A stretch of DNA of 56,153 nucleotides, from positions 1 to 56,153 of the forward strand of contig JAZQRR010000018.1 of the NCBI GenBank assembly GCA_045629645.1. The letters run 5' to 3'. The notes under the pieces were generated by a model that was not told the origin of the DNA, did not search any database, and saw nothing but the letters and a program-made list of their open reading frames with translations. This document shows positions 19,359-27,515 of this stretch, in pieces. Source of the DNA: Candidatus Enterousia sp. Its GTDB lineage: Bacteria; Pseudomonadota; Alphaproteobacteria; Rs-D84. A program made the translations under genes and the position numbers. The stretch's first letter is position 1; each line of letters starts with the position of its first letter.

Positions 19359-19457
19359 TCACTTTTTTGTTTTAAAAACAAGAAAAATTAATAAAGCTAA
19401 AAATATCCAGTCTATAGCTCTAATACAGCTAGTGATAACAGGACATAAATCAGGCAT
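19359..19457 (-). CDS. Prophage 32-aa single-TM peptide MPDLCPVITSCIRAIDWIFLALLIFLVFKTKK
   Basis: Translated by hand; GGAGG RBS; starts 2 nt after the pilot stop; hydrophobic stretch plus basic tail. Confidence 0.6.
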   Translation of the reverse strand: MPDLCPVITSCIRAIDWIFLALLIFLVFKTKK

Positions 19458-19459
19458 AA

Positions 19460-20164
19460 TTACCTCCATTTTTTATTAGGATAAATAGCAGCCAAAGGAT
19501 TAGATCTTGAAGATATTCTATACCATGCACGACTAAACCAATTAGGACGAGTGCCTGTTTGTACTGCATTCCCTAAATTAGAAGCGTAAGCTTTTAAAGC
19601 TTCTAAATTAGACCAGTCAGCGTCAGCAATAGCGTCAGGATTTAAAAGATAGACAATATTTCCATTTCTATCTTTCCATGGCTTATACAAGTCGCCAACA
19701 GTACCATTAGGAACAATTCCAGGTTGTTTTTCTACAGCAAGTTTAGAACGCAAAATATCATTTTGCAAGCGTTTTGTTTCCAAATCAAGATTCGCACTCT
19801 CTAAGGCTATTGCCCTATCTTGACGGGCTTGACGGTTTAATATCATGTCTGATATAGAACGACCGGCTTTGCTTATACCATCTGCAATCATTTCACCAGC
19901 GCCAGATGTTCCGCCAGCAGAAACAGTTGGTGAATAACTTGCAGAGCCAGAATTTATCGCTGCAACTGGATTTACACCGGCTTTGATTGCGTCATTAATG
20001 GTATATTGCAACCTATTCTTATTATACTCGTCTTGAATATTAAATTGACGGCGTGCTTCCTTACGATTCTTAGAAGATTCTTTGGCAGAAACATTCGCTC
20101 CATAAAAACTGCCTACTAATTGTGCACCGCCTGATATGGCAGCAGCAGCTGTAATCGGATCCAT
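19460..20164 (-). CDS. Microviridae DNA pilot protein (VP2/H-like)
   Basis: N-terminal AAAAISGGAQLVGS segment, coiled coil, DAIKAGVNPVAA signature. Confidence 0.88.
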   Translation of the reverse strand: MDPITAAAAISGGAQLVGSFYGANVSAKESSKNRKEARRQFNIQDEYNKNRLQYTINDAIKAGVNPVAAINSGSASYSPTVSAGGTSGAGEMIADGISKAGRSISDMILNRQARQDRAIALESANLDLETKRLQNDILRSKLAVEKQPGIVPNGTVGDLYKPWKDRNGNIVYLLNPDAIADADWSNLEALKAYASNLGNAVQTGTRPNWFSRAWYRISSRSNPLAAIYPNKKWR

Positions 20165-20167
20165 TTT

Positions 20168-20614
20168 TTATCTCCTATGTTTTCTTTCACATTTTACGAG
20201 AAGACGAGGTAAAATAGGCGCATTCTGACCCTTTTTTCCTGTCTTCTTTCGCGCGAAAAGTATTTGTCTCCTTTCCTCGCGTTCTTGACAATATGGATGT
20301 GATGGCGGAAGTAGAACCTTTTCGTCGCGACCGATTTTTACGACCGGGTAATCGTACCGATGAAAATTCGGACGTGTACCCTTGTCTAAATCGGCTTGTA
20401 TATGCAAACGCCTGAGGTCTTGCATAATTTTCCCGCTGTCTATTCTTGGCAAGTCGCCGAATTGTCTATCCAGCGGTTGTGTGTCGTACACAGGCCGCAC
20501 GCGCCCCGCTGGTTTGAGCGGGAGTGGTTGTGTCAAACCACGCGGTGCGGATTCGGTTATAAGTTCCGAATTTAGGATTCTTTCTTCTCGTCTTTTCCTA
20601 TATCGCCTGCTCAT
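20168..20614 (-). CDS. Microviridae basic hypothetical protein
   Basis: Arg-rich N-terminus; C-terminal C..R.ERRQILFA...G..G resembling a motif recalled from microvirus ORFs. Confidence 0.7.
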   Translation of the reverse strand: MSRRYRKRREERILNSELITESAPRGLTQPLPLKPAGRVRPVYDTQPLDRQFGDLPRIDSGKIMQDLRRLHIQADLDKGTRPNFHRYDYPVVKIGRDEKVLLPPSHPYCQEREERRQILFARKKTGKKGQNAPILPRLLVKCERKHRR

Positions 20615-20632
20615 AGTAAAATCCTGTCATTA

Positions 20633-20670
20633 CGTGCATTATTCCACAAGGTACATAGGAATAATGCACG
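20633..20670 (-). other. Putative rolling-circle replication origin stem-loop
   Basis: 13-bp perfect stem CGTGCATTATTCC/GGAATAATGCACG; loop on coding strand TATGTACCTTGT resembles the phiX174 nick heptamer CAACTTG; intergenic. Confidence 0.6.
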
Positions 20671-20680
20671 ATTCTAGATT

Positions 20681-21163
20681 TTAAGCATCCTCCGAGACCG
20701 AAGTTTGGTCCGCCTCCACAAGGTCGGCGGTTTGCTCGGCAACGGAAACGGTTTCTGGTTCATCCTTAGGTTCAACCGGCTGAGTTGGAGTGACTACGAT
20801 ATCGCCAAAGTCGTCAACGTATTCACCATCGTCAAAGTCAAAATCATCCGGATTTTCATCATCCGGGGACAACATTTCGCCGCCCATCATCGCCAAATAT
20901 TGACGGTCCTGACGTACTTTCGCACTAAGACGGTCAAAACGCGCGATTTTTTCACGCAGGGTTTCAGGTTTAGATATGTGGTCCACCACTGACTCGCCAC
21001 GATGGATTTCGCCTCCTGTGAGGCTAAAAACAAACGTTTTAATAGGTTTGCCTTTGTCTGGTTCTTTTGCGTCAATCGCAACTTGTGCCAAAACTTTTTT
21101 AGCATTGGCAAGTGTACCGGCTTTTCTTTGACCTTTCAACAGGTCTACAATCGCTACTTTCAT
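20681..21163 (-). CDS. Microviridae acidic protein, possible internal scaffolding protein
   Basis: Directly after the capsid gene; PETLREKIARF...DDFDFDD acidic C-terminus. Confidence 0.6.
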   Translation of the reverse strand: MKVAIVDLLKGQRKAGTLANAKKVLAQVAIDAKEPDKGKPIKTFVFSLTGGEIHRGESVVDHISKPETLREKIARFDRLSAKVRQDRQYLAMMGGEMLSPDDENPDDFDFDDGEYVDDFGDIVVTPTQPVEPKDEPETVSVAEQTADLVEADQTSVSEDA

Positions 21164-21164
21164 A

Positions 21165-22679
21165 TTAACCTCCTATGAATTTTGGATTACCATTTGGTGA
21201 AACAAACGATTTTTCAATGAACTTATTGCGGACAGCACAAGCTTCTATGTGATCCGTAATAGAGTCATCGGTAATGGCGAATATACGTCCAGATGGACGA
21301 CACTTTAAGAAATCGTCATTTAACTGAGGTGCGGTTTCAAACACTCGACCTTGATGATATGTGATTTCTGTTGTTTTCATACGACCGGATACATCATTGT
21401 ATGACGTACGTTTATAATCGTATGGATTCGCATAACCCCAAGTCTCATTATCGGCATCAGTACCAGTTGGGAATAATATTTTTTTCTTAATTGGTACCAA
21501 ATCCGCATGAGCAAATTCAGGTGTATAAACATCTTCTCGTACTTCAATATCATACTTTTCAGGATACATATTGACATATACCGGTGCCGGACGGACAACG
21601 ATTAAATGCAATACTTGAGTATGTTCTTCAAAATATTGACGATAAGAACAAGCAGCAAATCCAGTACCACGACCAGCTACCTGACCAACGGCAGAATTCG
21701 TGCCGGGGGCGGTCTGCAAAACAGCTGAAATGTCAATCATCTGACGACCGTGTGCCAAGGTTTGTGCATATTGTAAACGACGGTCAGAATAACGAATACC
21801 AAAGAACGCCAATAAGTCACGGTATTCTGTACCGAACAGATTACGACGCATTTTCCAACGTGCTTGACCCATAGCAAAATTAAATTCGCCAGGCAATACA
21901 CCTGTAGAAGCTGACAGATTTGCAGTTGCTGCTAAACCAGAATGATATCTTACATTTGGTAAACCTGTCAAGCCTTCGCCTGTTACGCCTAATGCACCAG
22001 GTTGTGCTGCATTTGCAGTAGCAGTCCAAACATCTGCACCTTTAGAATGATCCCAATTAGAAATTTGCAAGCTACCAGAATCTGTAATATCAACAGGCGC
22101 AGAACCAACAATTGGAATAACAACCTCATCACCAAGTTGTTTTTCTTTGCGAGCTGTTGTGAAACGATCCTTAGGCCAATTTATACGTAATTCTCCGGTA
22201 TAAGTTTTATCATCACGACCAGAAGCTGTTGATAAAGGCAAAGGTTCTTGAATTGTCAAATCTAGACAGTTTTCATTATACCATTTTATCAAAGCACGCA
22301 AAGGACGTGCATCAAATTTCAATCCGGAAACACCAGTTGGTGCGCCAATATGATCCATAGTGGAACCTGGTAACCAACCTCCTTCAGGGGCTACAACATA
22401 AGGTACCTCTGGACGGCTATTACCGTCAGAACCGCCAGTATAAAAAGCTTCAGCATCATCCCAAATCAAACGGTCAGGACAAGCAATAGCAAAAGTATCA
22501 ACGCGAATTTGTGTCAGCGATTGATGCATCATTGGTGCTAATTGCAAACCCGCTCCAATACCGCCAATAACGGATGTACCAGCAATAACCGGTTCTGCTC
22601 GAGTTACAATAATTTTTCCCATATCAAATGACGTTAAACGTGTATTTGATAAGTCGTGTTTATATCTTTTCATTCCCAT
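21165..22679 (-). CDS. Microviridae major capsid protein (VP1/F)
   Basis: KHDLS...TSFDMG, P.RLIW, WPKDRFT.A....Q.G, GTEY.D.L..FG....D.RLQ, VLQT, FEEH, WGY...YD..R. Confidence 0.95.
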   Translation of the reverse strand: MGMKRYKHDLSNTRLTSFDMGKIIVTRAEPVIAGTSVIGGIGAGLQLAPMMHQSLTQIRVDTFAIACPDRLIWDDAEAFYTGGSDGNSRPEVPYVVAPEGGWLPGSTMDHIGAPTGVSGLKFDARPLRALIKWYNENCLDLTIQEPLPLSTASGRDDKTYTGELRINWPKDRFTTARKEKQLGDEVVIPIVGSAPVDITDSGSLQISNWDHSKGADVWTATANAAQPGALGVTGEGLTGLPNVRYHSGLAATANLSASTGVLPGEFNFAMGQARWKMRRNLFGTEYRDLLAFFGIRYSDRRLQYAQTLAHGRQMIDISAVLQTAPGTNSAVGQVAGRGTGFAACSYRQYFEEHTQVLHLIVVRPAPVYVNMYPEKYDIEVREDVYTPEFAHADLVPIKKKILFPTGTDADNETWGYANPYDYKRTSYNDVSGRMKTTEITYHQGRVFETAPQLNDDFLKCRPSGRIFAITDDSITDHIEACAVRNKFIEKSFVSPNGNPKFIGG

Positions 22680-22680
22680 T

Positions 22681-22851
22681 TTAATATCCTATATTTTGTG
22701 CAAAGTAATATTGATAGTTTAAGACAGACATATACAGATCAAGAATAACTTTCTGTTGATAATAATTTGGCTTTTTTGATTTGTTTGTACGAATCAAGGC
22801 CTCTATATTATCACACATTTCTGCAATAGTCTTTAAAACGTCTTTATCCAT
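22681..22851 (-). CDS. Prophage 56-aa hypothetical protein (MDKDVLKTIAEM...FAQNIGY)
   Basis: Translated by hand; GGAG RBS; stop abuts the capsid ATG. Confidence 0.6.
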   Translation of the reverse strand: MDKDVLKTIAEMCDNIEALIRTNKSKKPNYYQQKVILDLYMSVLNYQYYFAQNIGY

Positions 22852-22852
22852 T

Positions 22853-22936
22853 TTAAGCTCCTATAGCTTTCAAAATATAAGTAAAAAACGTTGATAATGC
22901 CGTACAAATGGCAATTGTCCAAGATGTAGAATTCAT
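22853..22936 (-). CDS. Prophage 27-aa hydrophobic peptide MNSTSWTIAICTALSTFFTYILKAIGA
   Basis: Translated by hand; AGGAG RBS; ATG overlaps the Rep stop (TAATG). Confidence 0.55.
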   Translation of the reverse strand: MNSTSWTIAICTALSTFFTYILKAIGA

Positions 22937-23868
22937 TACAATCTCCTATGTTTTAAATTGTATGCTTTACGGTTTCTTGCTTCTAAATTGTCGCGTATCT
23001 CTCGAGACGCAAATTTGAATTTTTTCCAATTAAGACGAGGTGTAGATGTATAAGAATCTAATGTTCCGTCTTTTTGGTGAAACCATATAGTTTCGTCTTG
23101 TTCTAATAAATGCAGCTTTTGCAGATTTTTCTTAATCTGGCTAAGTATAAGTTGCGCTTCAATATTTTTTTGATGCTTAAAGGCTTCTTGTTTCTCTGCA
23201 TTATATTCTCTCCAAAACGGTGATAGTTTATTTCTGATATACGGTGGCAAGCGGATATTTTTTCCGCCAATACTCACAGAATAAGGAGGATAAGGACGAC
23301 GCAGCATGCGCTCGCGAAATCCCTCATCAGTCGCTAATTTTTCCAAAATATCAAATAGCAAACGATAACCAAGCGGTGGTTTTCGTGAAGCTCCATGAAA
23401 TTCAGGATGACGACCATCAGACCGTTCAGGTTTATCAAGTTTTTCTGTCGTATAACCTGCGGTATAACTGCATCTCTCAGGGGTGCAATATTCAACAGAT
23501 ATACGTCCAAAATCCCAAGATTTTAAAATGTTATGAAATTGATCAGAATCACAAAAAATTATCGCGTGATAATGTGGCAAATCTCCTTTATCACCATATT
23601 CACCACAGTAATACAACTGGGGAACTCTACCAACGTAATAACCAAGTCGCTTTTTCCAATCAACCATATCCTTAGGCCTCAACGATAAATCCTCTGGCAT
23701 ATGTTCCGGATCATAAGTGAGCGATACAAAATAGCTAAAAGGCCAGTAAGTACTCTCAATAATCAACCGGTCAGCCCATTCTTTTTTCTTGGCAATTTCA
23801 CACGCTTTGCATTTCCTGCAAGGTATGAAACCAACACCACCAATATAATTGGGGTTCGTACAGTACAT
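22936..23868 (-). CDS. Microviridae rolling-circle replication initiator (VP4/A, HUH endonuclease)
   Basis: PCRKCKAC, FVSLTY (motif I), GEYG....PHYHAIIF (motif II), YTAGY (motif III). Confidence 0.95.
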   Translation of the reverse strand: MYCTNPNYIGGVGFIPCRKCKACEIAKKKEWADRLIIESTYWPFSYFVSLTYDPEHMPEDLSLRPKDMVDWKKRLGYYVGRVPQLYYCGEYGDKGDLPHYHAIIFCDSDQFHNILKSWDFGRISVEYCTPERCSYTAGYTTEKLDKPERSDGRHPEFHGASRKPPLGYRLLFDILEKLATDEGFRERMLRRPYPPYSVSIGGKNIRLPPYIRNKLSPFWREYNAEKQEAFKHQKNIEAQLILSQIKKNLQKLHLLEQDETIWFHQKDGTLDSYTSTPRLNWKKFKFASREIRDNLEARNRKAYNLKHRRL

Positions 23869-23969
23869 TAATACTTGTAAGAACGACGATTACGATACAA
23901 ACGACGTGCGCCAGTACGCATCCGCAAACGACGGCGCAATCTGCGCAATCTTCCACGACGAAATGCCAT
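23868..23969 (-). CDS. Arg-rich 33-aa DNA-binding/packaging peptide (J/VP8-like) MAFRRGRLRRLRRRLRMRTGARRLYRNRRSYKY
   Basis: Translated by hand; AGGAGGAG RBS; stop overlaps the Rep ATG. Confidence 0.85.
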   Translation of the reverse strand: MAFRRGRLRRLRRRLRMRTGARRLYRNRRSYKY

Positions 23970-24000
23970 AGTCTCCTCCTTTGCTTTAAGTTAATCTGCA

Positions 24001-24029
24001 AAGGCGTATAACATAATATTATGTATAGT
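24001..24029 (+). other. dif-like site, right prophage boundary (7-bp central region)
   Basis: AAGGCGTATAA-CATAATA-TTATGTATAGT; XerD-type arm identical to the left site. Confidence 0.85.
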
Positions 24030-24035
24030 TTATGG

Positions 24036-24236
24036 TATAAAAATAAATGTTTTTATATTTCTATGCGCTTTAATTTAAACTGCATTTTACTTGTTTTTAT
24101 TTACGCATCTGTATTCATAATATGACTTATGGTTTTGTCGTGCTGGTGCGATATAAAAATAAATGTTTTTATATTTGTATGCGCTTTAATTCAAACTGCA
24201 TTTTACTTGTTTTTATTTACGCATCTGTATTCATAA
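24036..24236 (+). repeat. 85-bp direct repeat, two copies (24036-24120, 24152-24236)
   Basis: TATAAAAATAAATGTTTTTATATTT.TATGCGCTTTAATT.AAACTGC...GTATTCATAA twice, with 2 mismatches seen. Confidence 0.9.
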
Positions 24237-24490
24237 GCTGGTGCGTGATAGAAAATACATAATATGTTTGTATATTATATATGTTTGTATATTATATTGG
24301 TGGTACAGGTGGTTAATTATCTTAAATATGTGGTGTATGTATGATAAAAACATATTTTGTGCCCTGCTTTGCTGTAAAAATGAAAAAATGGCGGATTTCT
24401 GCGGTTTTTGGCGTGTTTTTTTTGTAAAAACGCCGGATTTCTGCGGGGTGTAGCGTTTCTTTGGTGCTGTGGCAGTGTATTGGCTGGGGA

Positions 24491-24644
24491 CTTTGGGTTA
24501 AGCCCCAAGATGACACAAGGGGGAAAGTATAGTTTTAAGAAAATGAAGTTTATTAAAATATGAATATATAAGGGGGATTGTGCCTATTTCTTCCCTTCTC
24601 TGCCCCCCTTTTCTCTTCTTTTTTTTGTCGTTCTGGGGCTTGAC
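24491..24644. repeat. Two degenerate copies of the REP-like palindrome from 11-502
   Basis: CTTTGGGTTAAGCCCCAAGATGACA (24491-24515) and TTGTCGTTCTGGGGCTTGAC (24625-24644). Confidence 0.65.
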
Positions 24645-24675
24645 TTGTTTTTTTTATTATTGCTATACTGTGGTT

Positions 24676-24850
24676 GTCGGTGGGTGTTCCATTGATGAGG
24701 CTAGCAACCTGATAGTAAGTGTCATGTGCAAGACATAAAAACGTATTCCAACCGTTGGTTGGAGTGTGTGAATATATTGAATAAGCACGCAATTCTTACT
24801 ATTGTTTGCTAACTCCAACCACCCAAAATGTATGTTTTTGGTGGTTTTAT
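24676..24850 (+). ncRNA. Candidate 6S RNA-like rod-shaped RNA
   Basis: TTGACT-N18-TATACT promoter; pairings TAGCA/TGCTA, ATAGTAAG/CTTACTAT, GTGC/GCAC; A-rich central bubble; apical TCCAACC/GGTTGGA; 3' terminator hairpin. Confidence 0.55.
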
Positions 24851-25697
24851 TGTTTGTGTAAAATTGAGGGTATGCGAATTGCGTGGTGGGGAGTTTGTTT
24901 TATTAAGCTGTTTATTACCGTTTGGGGCGTTTGGTGCCCTGCCCGATATGATGCTGTGTGATGGTGGATATCCTGTGATGACGGTTACAGAAACCACGGA
25001 CCCAGATACAGAAACGACAACTAAAACAGCAGAATATTCGTGTAATAAATATGTTGCAAAGACCTGCCCTGATACGTTTTTATCGTATGAAGTGCTGGGG
25101 GCTGGCGCTACTGATATGGAAGGCAATTGTCCAAATGGTATGTATCGTATTCGTATACGTGGGGGTTTTATGGCACATAATATGCCCGCAACACTGTGTG
25201 ATAATGGTTATTTTGATGGTGCTGGCTGTGTGCCCTATGCGCCTGATACAGAAAATTGTCCAGATGGATATAACAAGGTTATTGCAAATACGTCGCTGCG
25301 TGTTGTGGCCAATGGTCTTGATTGTCCGTCGGGGACGCGCTCTGTTTCGCCATACGATGGGTCTGTGCCGGATAATAAAATGGTATCTGTGTGGTCTTAT
25401 CCGTACGAAACGGTCCCAGATACCAAGTTGTCGGTACGTTTATGTCCCGGTGGTCAAGATATGAATTATGCCGGCGATTGTGTCGCATTATGCGCTGTGT
25501 CTAATACAGGGGTCAGTATGCGTTATTTGTGTACAGGGAACGGTTTGGTTTTTCCGATATATGCAAAAAAATTAACAACACCGTCACTGAATTTTAAGTC
25601 TGGTAATCGTCATTGTTATGTCAACCTGTTACCAGAACGTGTAATGGGAACAATAAATATAATGCGTGATAATGAATATTTTCACGTCGTAAAATAA
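24828..25697 (+). CDS. Cys-rich putative secreted protein with the shared C-terminal domain (start uncertain)
   Basis: CP.GY repeats; C-terminal LCTGNG..FPIYAKK.TTPSLNF......CY..L.......IN......YFHV. Confidence 0.75.
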   Translation: MYVFGGFIVCVKLRVCELRGGEFVLLSCLLPFGAFGALPDMMLCDGGYPVMTVTETTDPDTETTTKTAEYSCNKYVAKTCPDTFLSYEVLGAGATDMEGNCPNGMYRIRIRGGFMAHNMPATLCDNGYFDGAGCVPYAPDTENCPDGYNKVIANTSLRVVANGLDCPSGTRSVSPYDGSVPDNKMVSVWSYPYETVPDTKLSVRLCPGGQDMNYAGDCVALCAVSNTGVSMRYLCTGNGLVFPIYAKKLTTPSLNFKSGNRHCYVNLLPERVMGTINIMRDNEYFHVVK

Positions 25698-25710
25698 AGA
25701 GAAATAAGAT

Positions 25711-26187
25711 ATGAAGTTTTGTAAATTTATATTATATGTATTTATGTTGAATTTGATGTCTTATACGGCGGGCGCGACAATGTGTCAGACCGATTTTTCG
25801 GTCGTGATTACGATGGACAAGGATACGGATAATTCTGTTAAGTATGGCGCGCCCCAGATTGATGGTATGAATTGGCGGGTTGACGTTGATTACGACACAA
25901 TGTCATCAATGAACGGAACGTTTCGTTTTTTACGTGGTGTTGTGTCGTGCAGTGATTTTTCTGTGGGGGCGCAATATACGGTTGTAACCGGAAATCAGGT
26001 CGTGCCGGCTGATGATACGGGGGCACATTGTTGGTGTGCGTTGCGGCGCCCTGCGACATCTTATTTTATGTATTTGCGTTCATATGACAGTGTTGACGCG
26101 TGTGTATCAGGGTGTGCGCGCCTGTGTGCCGACGGTGTCGTGGGCAGTTATGTATTTCGTGATAAATTGTTCGAGGCCGTATGGTAA
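25711..26187 (+). CDS. Small secreted Cys-rich protein (CxC family)
   Basis: Signal peptide; W.V...GVVSCS...CWC.L..P..S......C...CA..C.......FR..LF. Confidence 0.8.
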   Translation: MKFCKFILYVFMLNLMSYTAGATMCQTDFSVVITMDKDTDNSVKYGAPQIDGMNWRVDVDYDTMSSMNGTFRFLRGVVSCSDFSVGAQYTVVTGNQVVPADDTGAHCWCALRRPATSYFMYLRSYDSVDACVSGCARLCADGVVGSYVFRDKLFEAVW

Positions 26188-26204
26188 CAACAAAGGTGGT
26201 GATA

Positions 26205-26738
26205 ATGTTAAGAAGGATGTTGGTTGTTTTATATGTTGCGTTGTGTCCACTGATTACGTATGGTGTGACATTTTGCGCCAAATCGGACAAGGTTGTATTG
26301 GGTACAGATTATAATAATTCAATCTCAACTGGATATGTGGGCAGTGGTTTTGATTGGCGCATAAATATTGATGGTTTTGGTACGGTCAGTGGCGTTGTGT
26401 CGTGCAGTACGTTAAAGCCGGATACAACGAATTTGCCATTGCACAGTTGTGCGGGACCAAATTATATATCTGGGTTTTGGGGGCAAACCGCTGCATCAAA
26501 TGGTGATGTGAACGATAATTTTTATGGACGTAATGATGGTGAATATTGTTGGTGTAAAATGACACACCCGTTCGAATCGGGGTGGATTTATTTTCATATA
26601 TACGGCAACAAATGTTCGGAAAATTGTGCGGCTAGCTGTGCGTCGTATTTGTCAAAAAGAGGCGGCGATACAGGTACTGATCGCTACGGTTCCAGAACGT
26701 GGCAATGTATGTTGGCGACTGTTGGTTATGGTGATTGA
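26205..26738 (+). CDS. Small secreted Cys-rich protein (CxC family)
   Basis: Signal peptide; SGVVSCS...CWCKMTHPFESGWIY...CSENCAASCA. Confidence 0.8.
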   Translation: MLRRMLVVLYVALCPLITYGVTFCAKSDKVVLGTDYNNSISTGYVGSGFDWRINIDGFGTVSGVVSCSTLKPDTTNLPLHSCAGPNYISGFWGQTAASNGDVNDNFYGRNDGEYCWCKMTHPFESGWIYFHIYGNKCSENCAASCASYLSKRGGDTGTDRYGSRTWQCMLATVGYGD

Positions 26739-26770
26739 TTTTATTAAAAATTTTATTTATTATTTTGTGT

Positions 26771-27481
26771 ATGAGATTAGATGTCGCATTGGTTAGTCGT
26801 GGTCTTTATTCAACGCGGGCGCGTGCCGTGGCGGCAATTCGTGGTGGTTTGGTTGTGGTAAATGGTGTAACCGCGAAAAAGCCCAGTATGACGGTGGCTG
26901 AATCTGATACTGTTGTTGCGGGCGATTTGCCATATGCGGTTGGGCGTGGCAGCTTAAAATTGGCGCATGCATTGGCAGAATTTAATATTAATCCACATGG
27001 TATGGTGTGTTTGGATGTTGGTGCCAGTACGGGTGGATTTACTGATGTTTTGTTGTCGCGTGGTGCGGCGCGTGTGTATGCGGTTGATGTTGGTACAAAT
27101 CAGTTGGCGCCACATTTATGCACAGATGTTCGGGTGGTGTCACTGGAACAGACGGATATTCGCGAATTACAGCCGTTATCAATGGTTGATTTGATTGTTA
27201 TTGATGTGTCTTTTGTGTCGCTGACCAATATTGTGGAATATTTACCGCGTTGGGGCGCGAAACATATTGTTGCATTGATTAAGCCACAGTTCGAAGTTCC
27301 GCGTGATGTTGCCGCGCGTTGTAATGGTGTTGTGCGTGATGATACGTGGCATCAGTATTCAATTAATCAGGTTTTAAATGCGTTTGCAGAAAAAGGATTT
27401 AAAAATTGCGGTGTTGTGCCATCACCCATACAAGGTGGCAGCGGTAATACCGAATTCTTGGGGTGTTTTGTCAGGGATTGA
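26771..27481 (+). CDS. tlyA: TlyA family S4-domain rRNA methyltransferase/hemolysin A
   Basis: MRLDVAL..RGL..TR, RG..KL..AL, LDVGASTGGFTD, AVDVG, DVSFVSL, LIKPQFE, GNTEFL. Confidence 0.95.
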   Translation: MRLDVALVSRGLYSTRARAVAAIRGGLVVVNGVTAKKPSMTVAESDTVVAGDLPYAVGRGSLKLAHALAEFNINPHGMVCLDVGASTGGFTDVLLSRGAARVYAVDVGTNQLAPHLCTDVRVVSLEQTDIRELQPLSMVDLIVIDVSFVSLTNIVEYLPRWGAKHIVALIKPQFEVPRDVAARCNGVVRDDTWHQYSINQVLNAFAEKGFKNCGVVPSPIQGGSGNTEFLGCFVRD

Positions 27482-27515
27482 TTGGTGGCATGGGCACAAG
27501 ATGGAAAATGGATTG

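Larger units (their letters stand above)
19271..24029 (-). mobile_element. Integrated Microviridae (ssDNA phage) prophage, ~4.73 kb, flanked by dif-like sites
   Basis: Co-oriented Rep, major capsid and DNA pilot genes; no integrase; direct dif-like repeats at both ends; base composition differs from the G/T-rich flanks. Confidence 0.95.

Noticed and set aside
23798..24001. 67-aa ORF from the track as a prophage gene
   Set aside because: The overlapping Arg-rich frame 23868-23969 has a strong RBS, is coupled to rep and fits a known microvirus gene type
24241..24792. Short ORFs in the region after the prophage
   Set aside because: Low-complexity, no RBS or motifs, and they overlap repeats and the candidate ncRNA
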